32,000 nt of DNA from Candidatus Heimdallarchaeota archaeon B3_Heim (GTDB taxonomy: Archaea; Asgardarchaeota; Heimdallarchaeia; Hodarchaeales; Hodarchaeaceae): assembly GCA_003144275.1 (NCBI GenBank), contig NJBF01000014.1:55218-87217 (forward strand), read 5' to 3'. The position numbers were made by a program, and so were the translations under genes. The notes beneath the pieces are model-generated. The model saw only the letters and a list, made by a program, of their open reading frames with translations. It was not told the origin of the DNA and did not search any database. Shown piece by piece: positions 25,576-32,000 of the stretch. The number at the start of each line of letters is the position of its first letter. The first letter of the stretch is position 1.

Positions 25576-26439
25576 TTACTCGAGGTTTATTCCCAAGAAA
25601 GTGTTTCCAGGACATGTGTAATAGATAGAATAACTTGCAGCGATTGGTATTTCTAGATCATCAAGAGCCTGCACGGAATTCATGTTTGGGGATAAATAAA
25701 TCACAAATATTGGTGTCGCTGTTTTGCAAGTAGCTGTTTTCGTATTTCTTTTAATGGAATATAGTACGATTTTTCCTTCGGTGGCAGCTGATGATGCATG
25801 AAGCATCGTGAGAGTTGTTTCAGATTTAGATGCGGGGTACAAAAGTTTTGCTTTCGAATTTGTCACTTCTGAATCTTCATCTGCAGCAAAATATAAGATT
25901 GAAGTTTCTTTTTCTTCTTTCAGCTCAACACGTTCTTTGGCCTTAACTTCTTTCGGTTTGGTTTTTGAAATTGGTGGAGGAGGAGGGGAAACAGGTTTTA
26001 TTACTTTTTCTCCCTTACTTTTATCCGTAGCTATCTTAGCTTTTTTAGGTTGTGCTGTTTTAGGGGGAGGGGCTATTTCTTTTATAGACGCGGCTTGTAC
26101 TGCAGGTGTTACGTCTAGTAACGAACTAGGGGACACAGGTGACGCTTCTAGCCGTATCATAAAATCTTTGAATTTTATCGTCTCGTTTCCTTGATCTTCA
26201 GTGGAAATTCTATGGGTCATTCCTTTTTCAAGACGCATTTGTCGTGCTATTTGACTAGAGATGAAGCGTTTTCTAACAGATGAATTTTCTCCTGTCCAAA
26301 TATAGATTTGTCTTTTTTCCTCATCAAGAAAGATTAACACTTCTGTGTCTTTTAGATCTTCAGCGCGAGAGGTAAACTTAACAGGAACATATTCCCCATC
26401 CATACTCGGGACGTATACGTGAAATTTGCTTTCAGTCAT
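25576..26439 (-). CDS. Single gelsolin-like domain, Pro/Lys-rich linker and an unknown C-terminal domain
   Basis: LKDTEVLIFLD..IYIWTGENSS...EDQGNETIKF matches the gelsolin repeat pattern; linker contains APPPK and SPPPPP. ATG 26439 preferred (GAAGGA upstream). Confidence 0.82.
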   Translation of the reverse strand: MTESKFHVYVPSMDGEYVPVKFTSRAEDLKDTEVLIFLDEEKRQIYIWTGENSSVRKRFISSQIARQMRLEKGMTHRISTEDQGNETIKFKDFMIRLEASPVSPSSLLDVTPAVQAASIKEIAPPPKTAQPKKAKIATDKSKGEKVIKPVSPPPPPISKTKPKEVKAKERVELKEEKETSILYFAADEDSEVTNSKAKLLYPASKSETTLTMLHASSAATEGKIVLYSIKRNTKTATCKTATPIFVIYLSPNMNSVQALDDLEIPIAASYSIYYTCPGNTFLGINLE

Positions 26440-26747
26440 AAATAATCCTTCTAACATCAAAAACAAGTGCTTCCTCTAAAAACATTTTGAAATATCATAA
26501 TCCTAAATCCGAATCTCAGTTCAATATTGCTTCCTTGTGGACGTATTTCTTAAAATTTTATTTGAAAAGGAGGAAAAACAAAACGCGTTTTGATTATTTT
26601 AGTTTTTACTTGGATTGGGGAAACTACTACTCCATTTCAACGCAAAAAAAATCTATTATCGGAGTATTACAAGAAATTTACCAAAACGAAATAATTTTAA
26701 TTTATCAAGTTTTACTGAATTATTGTCTTTAAGGTGGTTGACTTTAC

Positions 26748-26849
26748 GCGGAGGTACCAAAGGGTTCTTCATTTGTCATGAAGTGCTTGTAGTGGCTATG
26801 GAGCAGCCTGCAAAGCTGTATTACGCGTGTTCGAATCACGCCCTCCGCT
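26748..26849 (+). tRNA. tRNA-Cys(GCA) with a 30-nt intron in the D-loop (26763-26792)
   Basis: Acceptor GCGGAGG/CCTCCGC with U73; anticodon arm GCAGC-CTGCAAA-GCTGT (GCA at 26810-26812); T arm GCGTG-TTCGAAT-CACGC; D arm CCAA-AG|TGGCT-ATGG once the intron is removed. CCA not encoded. Confidence 0.92.
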
Positions 26850-26924
26850 CTACTTACTTTTAACCCCTGAATAACATACTTACCATTAATAAATACCAGA
26901 TTAATTCTAGATTAATACTTATCC

Positions 26925-28745
26925 TTGGAGTTTCTATCTGTGTCTGAATCAGTATTTGATGTTGTAGTTCTTGACACGAACTTTTTCATTTCCTTGTTGA
27001 ATGCGGGTGTATCTGATTCCTTAATGCCAAATCTTCAAAAAATTGGGCAATCTGTAGGGATGGAGATAATGGTACCTGATGAAATCCCGAAATCAGATAT
27101 TCCTGGACGATTCCGGCAATTACGACGACTTATACCAAAGTATATACGTATGGAACCTGTTAAGAGATCCTCGAAACTGTGGAATCGAACAGCAGAATAT
27201 GCTATTCAAGAACGGATGGTACGTGTAAAAGACGATCCTGCAGATATCGATGTTGTAATTTTAGCTAAAAAATTTAGTTTGAAAGATAACAACAAGGTAG
27301 CCTTAGTCTCTGATGACGAAGGTGTTGCTAGAATAGTTAAAGAAAACAAAGTATTCAAAGGGATTGACCATTTATCATGTGGTTCGTTTGTTTCGATCTT
27401 AGCAGCATCCGTATCTGACACGAAGATGCGTAAAATTTTGGATCAGACTGTTGAGAGAGTTTTTCGCGCATCATGGAGTTATAAGAAGAAAACTCGTCGA
27501 TATATTGATGTAGCAATGCTAATTGATGATCTAACCGATACTGCGAGATTTGTCAGGTCAGCAGCTGAAGTGGGGGCCGACAGTAGTCTGGCAGAAATCG
27601 AAAAAGAAATTGTCGCAATCGCCCCAAAACACGAACCCGAAGTGTTAACTCCTGAGGATGGTTTAATTATTGCTCAGCAATTAGTGATAAAAGCCCGTGG
27701 AACCCGAGAAACCTTTCATATTCACAAAGCAGAAGAGGTACTTCTCGAAATTCTAGCAAAAAGCTCCGAATTAATTTATTCTATTGATGGGCTAGAACAA
27801 CGCGTTATAGTAGAGAGAATGCTGAGATCTGAATTATTCGAACACCATAGTTGGTTATTAGATTATAGAATATCACGTAACCAAATTGTAGAAGCATTAG
27901 TACATGCTGAAGCTTGTCGAGTATATATGAACTACATTGCTGTAGGGAGAGAGGCAATAGAAAACTTAATAGCTTTACAAGGTTTACTATACTTACTGTT
28001 AGGGAAGTATGAACGAGCATTAGAACTCTTTAAAGCCGTTCCTCAAATGGATCCAGAACTTTCTTCTACTCAAATACTAGGGTTATCAGTTGCCTTAATA
28101 GCAACTGGTCAACAGAATGAATCAGCTCTGTTGATTAAAAGGAATTCAGATATGATGGAAGGATTAATTTCTTCTATGCATGCCTATGCGAATGATCTTT
28201 ATTCGCATGAACAGCGTGAGTTAGCAATTAATATTTTAAAATTCCTTGTAAAGAATTTTAGTAAGCAAGAGGAGGTAGATCGTTCGGTATATCGTTTATT
28301 TGTTTTGACAAGGCTACGTCAAGATTTAGTTAATAGTGAAGTAAAAATTCAGGGAATCTTTAAGAGAAAATTACCAAATCGGGGGGTAGATGACTCTAAA
28401 AAAGGAATACCTAAAAGGCTACTGAGTAAAGTTCCCATAGTATTGTCAACAAGTGAAGATCCAAAAGAAATTGAACAATTCAAAGGCTTTTACCATATAC
28501 TTGATTTAATAGAGGATCGTGAAAAAGATGAGATTAATGTAGTCGCTTGGAATGAGAGCAATAATTCTACATGGCTATTAATATTTGATTCTGCGTACAA
28601 GCCAGCTTTAGAAGAAAGTGTCAAAATTAGAATTACTAGTGGTGAAATCACAAATATTCGCAAAGCTAAGAGAACTGAACCATTTCGTGCAGCTCTTACT
28701 TTCGAGATCCCAACCATTCAGCCAGAATTAGTAAAACCTTGGTAA
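26925..28745 (+). CDS. PIN-domain protein with central TPR-like helices and a beta-rich C-terminal domain
   Basis: VVVLDTNFFISL, PDEI, DPADIDVVILA and LVSDDEGV give the PIN acidic residues; TPR-like segment QGLLYLLLGKYERALELFKAV. TTG start. Confidence 0.8.
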   Translation: MEFLSVSESVFDVVVLDTNFFISLLNAGVSDSLMPNLQKIGQSVGMEIMVPDEIPKSDIPGRFRQLRRLIPKYIRMEPVKRSSKLWNRTAEYAIQERMVRVKDDPADIDVVILAKKFSLKDNNKVALVSDDEGVARIVKENKVFKGIDHLSCGSFVSILAASVSDTKMRKILDQTVERVFRASWSYKKKTRRYIDVAMLIDDLTDTARFVRSAAEVGADSSLAEIEKEIVAIAPKHEPEVLTPEDGLIIAQQLVIKARGTRETFHIHKAEEVLLEILAKSSELIYSIDGLEQRVIVERMLRSELFEHHSWLLDYRISRNQIVEALVHAEACRVYMNYIAVGREAIENLIALQGLLYLLLGKYERALELFKAVPQMDPELSSTQILGLSVALIATGQQNESALLIKRNSDMMEGLISSMHAYANDLYSHEQRELAINILKFLVKNFSKQEEVDRSVYRLFVLTRLRQDLVNSEVKIQGIFKRKLPNRGVDDSKKGIPKRLLSKVPIVLSTSEDPKEIEQFKGFYHILDLIEDREKDEINVVAWNESNNSTWLLIFDSAYKPALEESVKIRITSGEITNIRKAKRTEPFRAALTFEIPTIQPELVKPW

Positions 28746-28782
28746 TAAATATCATACGAATGGATTACCTTAATCTATCAAT

Positions 28783-29775
28783 TTACACCATTGTGAAATC
28801 TACTTCGTTCCAAATAACCCGTAATTTCTCAATTTGACCTGCCAGTGCACTAGTTTCAATAAATGCGGGTAAATGTTGCTCAATTGGTGTTTTGAAGGTT
28901 TGTTTGTCCATTATTAAAAGCGTAATTAGTTTAGGTGAAACCACTTCGAAATATTTGTTCCAAGTGGTTAAGTTTGGATGTATGATATTTGAAATTTCTT
29001 TTGGATTGCGTTGGGGGATAACTGGATGCCACCCATGATCCTTTTCAATAATTCCTCGCAAACAGATTTTCGCCATTGACGCTGCAACAATAACTTCTTT
29101 TCCTAGTTCACGAAATAGCTTTGCTATTGTTACGGATCCAATTTTGTTTAGAATTTTTCCATTCACTCGTATCATATCAGCACCAAATACTGCTGCTTCT
29201 GCTTGTTGAGCGAATTCATGAATCGCTAAATCAATTCCAAGAACGACGTTTTTAAAGCCGGCATTAGCTAAGGAATAGGCTGTTCGTTCTCCTTCCTTCA
29301 AGGGTCGTGATTCTAAAATATATATGACTTTATCTGTAAATCCTTCACGTGCTAATTGTAAAAGGGCTTTTATAACAGTAGACGAATGAGAGAACGTTAA
29401 AATTGACTTAAATCGTTTTAATGTATTGACCAGTGTCTCTCGTGTCTGTTTTTCACCAATTCGTAATTGTTCGCGTCTGGTTGCGAAGATCATTTCTATC
29501 GCTGGTTTTGAATCACCATTCTCTAAATGAGGGGAGTCTATAAGTTGCACAAGACGGACGTATATTGGTAAAAGTGCGTTTTCGATTGTAGCCATTGGAT
29601 GTGTGTCGAGAAGGAGCTGAATTGCTGTTTTCAAAAACGATCGGGAAAATTGATTCCTTGTTGTCAAACACTCTTGTTTCAAAGCAATTAAGCAGCTTTC
29701 CGCGATCTTAGCTGCTCCACTATGGGTATCATTATGAATTGTTTCTACTTCTTTTAAGAAAGTTCTAGATGGCAC
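28783..29775 (-). CDS. eIF-2B alpha/beta/delta family protein (aIF-2B/R15P isomerase-like fold)
   Basis: HSGAAKIA, ILTFSHSSTV, ESRPLKEG, GADMIRVNGKILNKIGS, RNPKEI...NKYFEVV. Confidence 0.87.
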   Translation of the reverse strand: MPSRTFLKEVETIHNDTHSGAAKIAESCLIALKQECLTTRNQFSRSFLKTAIQLLLDTHPMATIENALLPIYVRLVQLIDSPHLENGDSKPAIEMIFATRREQLRIGEKQTRETLVNTLKRFKSILTFSHSSTVIKALLQLAREGFTDKVIYILESRPLKEGERTAYSLANAGFKNVVLGIDLAIHEFAQQAEAAVFGADMIRVNGKILNKIGSVTIAKLFRELGKEVIVAASMAKICLRGIIEKDHGWHPVIPQRNPKEISNIIHPNLTTWNKYFEVVSPKLITLLIMDKQTFKTPIEQHLPAFIETSALAGQIEKLRVIWNEVDFTMV

Positions 29776-29946
29776 TTTAATTCCAACAACTACTAACGCT
29801 TAAATTTTGAAAGGGTATTTTTTTAACAATATCTATCCTCTGGCTAAGAATATCAGTATGGGGTTGATGTTTTTTTATGAGGTGAACTTCCAATTTCAAC
29901 TCTATTAGTGAATTTGTACTAAATATCGCTGATATAAATGTTCTAA

Positions 29947-30994
29947 CTAACGAGATTCGTATCTCTTATGGATTAAGCGATAGTTATTTGCCAAACGTCC
30001 TAGTTTATGTGCTTCGTCTGGAGTCAAATGATAAGAATTAGATTCTCCATTTTTGTTTGTTGCTTCAATATAAGCGAAGGATGCATTATCAACAAGTATT
30101 TCAGTATTTTTATGATATCCTGTATCACCTGTGAATGCTAGCCATTTTTCACCCTTAAAGTAGATTGCATAACCCAATGACGGAATTGGTGACATTGCTC
30201 CCACTCCGATGATTGACCCCTGATGCTGCATTTGATAGCTTTCAATCTCAACTTAATCAGTAATTTTTACCCTGTCCCCATGAGATAATCTTAATTCTTC
30301 AAATGGGAAAGGAAGTGACGGCTTATACACTGAAAGGAAGGATTCGATAATAGCTTGAATTTCATTGCTCCCTTCTGGTGAATAGACACTTACAACTTGT
30401 CTATGACCAAGCATGCGTAAAAAACCTAGAAAAGTGTACAAACCTCCACAATGATCAAAGTGCCCATGATCATTTTTGTCCGACAATTCCCTAGTTCTCA
30501 TATTCGCTGACCTCTCTCTCTCCCTTACAAACTTAAAAGGCGTCCCTCCTGTACTTCATCAACACCGAGGTGATGACAAAAAAATTTACTTAGCTCCTAG
30601 GTCATATTCCCTTGTAACTTCGTTAGACGAGTTACCCGTCAAAGGCAAGAGAAGAATGACCCAGACTGGTCAAAAAGTTTTGGTGTTTGGGATGTCGCCA
30701 GAAGATCTGATGCAAGTAGTCCCAATGGAAAGCAACAATTCTCTGGTTGCTAACCAGCCGGATAGTGGATGTGTGACTCATCCTGTCCAGAACTATTTTT
30801 CAAATAGTTGTCTGACAAATTTAGTCATGAGAGATTAAAATGTGAACAGGCTTATTTATTGGGAATGCATTCTTATTCTCCACTATATCGCGAAGGGTCC
30901 CACCTCCTATATCTAAGAATAATAAGAAATCCTCATCAGTTACAAGAATAGTTGTAGCAATTCCTGCAATAGAATAAAGAACTTGATGTTCCAT
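29947..30994 (-). pseudogene. Disrupted RNase Z/BN-like MBL-fold metallohydrolase (insertion plus premature stop)
   Basis: ATG 30994 encodes MEHQVLYSIAG...LDIGGGTLRD...HILISH. The frame resumes after the insertion as GHFDHCGGL, has an in-frame TAA at 30253-30255, and continues with QH, GDTG, IEAT, HLT, LIH. Reconstructed length is about 228 codons. Confidence 0.88.
30469..30825. mobile_element. ~357-bp non-autonomous MITE-like insertion
   Basis: Flanked by duplicated CATG(A) at 30465 and 30826; imperfect terminal inverted repeats ATCATTTTTGTCCGACAA / ACTAAATTTGTCAGACAA (13/18 identical). Removing it restores TCT CAT GGG CAC. About 45% G+C by hand count over 30481-30780. Confidence 0.8.
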
Positions 30995-31005
30995 ACGGAT
31001 TTCCC

Positions 31006-32000
31006 TTAATCTGGAAAAGAGTTGTCTTCAAGTAATTTTTCAATTAAATTACTTCGTAATGCAATTTCTCTCTGAATACCTGCCTCACCACCAAATATAT
31101 CCTCCATGTGTTGAATATTCAATATACTCATCAAGATCATTAATGCCAGGTGGAAGTTGATGGGGATATAGTCTTTAGAATAATAATCGGTAATGCTAGA
31201 TTGATTATGGGCTAGAATTTCCTTATAACCTGCTAAGAATGACTTAATATTCATTGCAAGCTTAGTTAACGTCTTGTCCATTCTGTACTGATCCACTGCT
31301 TCTACAGCAAAGAAGTTACAGATATCTTCCAACCGATCATTCTCAGAAGAAATGTCTAGAAACTCAGGATCGATGATATGGGTTTGAATCATTGGATTCC
31401 TCCCAACTCGAATATCAAAGATTAGATTACCAGGATGAAAATCACCAAAGCTAGGACAACCAGAATGTTGTGATGCTTGTTCAGCTAAAGGAAGAACACG
31501 GTTAAAACTTGTTTGTAGTTGCAATTTCTTTTCACCAGAAATAGGTGCGGATTCAAGGCTGCGCGCTAATAATAGCTTATATTTATCAAACCAGACACGA
31601 TTTTTCTGCGCGCCATGGAATGCAGCCAATCCTCGACCTGCATAGCGATATTTTTGTGGTTTGGGAATTTTGGATTCACGAAAAACATCACCCTGAATTC
31701 CTTCCATAATAATTACGCTTCCTGAAAAGAAAATAACTGATGCAGATGCTATTCCCATCTTTGCATAATCAAAAAGACGTTTCTCCAACATATTGATACG
31801 TTTGACTACCTCAAGAGCTTGTTCTGACTTATCATATATTTTTACAGCAATACTCGCATCGTCAGAACCTACTTCAGAATCGAGAGCAACTCTGACAATG
31901 TGTATGCCAGTTGAACCTAATTTCTTTTCTACAGTAATATTTTTTACTTCTATATTACCTGGAGATTTATTGTAAGTTTTTTCTAAGTGAGACGCGAAAT
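31006..32000 (-). CDS. APH/choline-kinase-like phosphotransferase, 5' end beyond the window
   Basis: The frame is open from the window edge (KKLGSTGIHIV, IAVKIY lysine, EQALE) through the catalytic loop GDFHPGNL and IIDPE. The ORF-track ATG at 31791 is internal. Confidence 0.82.
   Translation of the reverse strand, partial: FASHLEKTYNKSPGNIEVKNITVEKKLGSTGIHIVRVALDSEVGSDDASIAVKIYDKSEQALEVVKRINMLEKRLFDYAKMGIASASVIFFSGSVIIMEGIQGDVFRESKIPKPQKYRYAGRGLAAFHGAQKNRVWFDKYKLLLARSLESAPISGEKKLQLQTSFNRVLPLAEQASQHSGCPSFGDFHPGNLIFDIRVGRNPMIQTHIIDPEFLDISSENDRLEDICNFFAVEAVDQYRMDKTLTKLAMNIKSFLAGYKEILAHNQSSITDYYSKDYIPINFHLALMILMSILNIQHMEDIFGGEAGIQREIALRSNLIEKLLEDNSFPD

Noticed and set aside
26487-26863. ORF-track entries 26487..26732 and 26615..26863
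   Set aside because: Low-complexity AT-rich translations; the second runs through the tRNA-Cys gene.
1013-28717. Short ORFs overlapping longer genes on the other strand or in another frame (e.g. 1013..1381, 1516..1803, 4503..4799, 5198..5506, 19754..20032, 21719..22144, 24714..25271, 25808..26194)
   Set aside because: Shadow ORFs lying within well-supported genes, with no motifs of their own.
30253-30255. Stop-codon recoding or readthrough of the in-frame TAA
   Set aside because: TAA terminates many genes in this window and the gene is already broken by the insertion; a nonsense mutation or sequencing error is simpler.
30466-30501. N-terminus MRTRELSDKND of the ORF at 30253..30501
   Set aside because: It is read from the end of the inserted element; the real N-terminus is at 30827-30994.
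30476-30838. 120-aa ORF spanning the insertion, considered as a transposase or passenger gene
   Set aside because: No DDE, HUH or recombinase motif; it runs out through the TIR into flanking sequence; too short.
31793-31975. 60-aa plus-strand ORF, and ATG 31791 as the kinase start
   Set aside because: The minus-strand kinase frame is open to the window edge and contains the N-lobe lysine motif, so the plus ORF is an antisense shadow.
28783-32000. MtnK + MtnA methionine salvage pair
   Set aside because: The kinase loop (GDFHPGN) differs from the MtnK HGDLHTGS, and the eIF-2B-like protein lacks the catalytic cysteine.
1-32000. CRISPR arrays, rRNA genes, integrases or viral hallmark genes
   Set aside because: No regularly spaced direct repeats, rRNA-like segments or such protein motifs were seen by eye.

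Overview
An AT-rich, gene-dense archaeal chromosomal window. Several eukaryotic-signature-like proteins point to an Asgard archaeon, most likely Heimdallarchaeia; this placement is inferred from gene content alone. Housekeeping genes: HTH/Zn-ribbon regulator, dUTPase, ornithine aminotransferase, Lrp/AsnC regulator, short MutY, CoA-type Nudix hydrolase, class II HMG-CoA reductase, an eIF-2B-like protein and a 5'-truncated APH-like kinase. Two large gamma-class amino-methyltransferases converge with no recognisable nuclease. Main points of interest: (1) a 1474-aa DNA polymerase epsilon-like PolB with the CysX Fe-S motif, an extra Cys cluster, a PIP-like motif and a C-terminal C4 finger, but no inactive second polymerase module; (2) a tightly packed three-gene operon encoding a FLCN/SMCR8-like uDENN/longin domain fused to alpha-SNAP-like repeats, and a SNAP-like + acidic hinge + triple beta-sandwich protein; (3) a gelsolin-domain/polyproline protein; (4) a tRNA-Cys(GCA) missed by the ORF track, with a 30-nt D-loop intron; (5) an RNase Z-like MBL hydrolase split inside its HxHxDH motif by a ~357-bp MITE-like insertion and also carrying an in-frame stop. 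All family assignments come from motif recognition by eye; no database searches were run.
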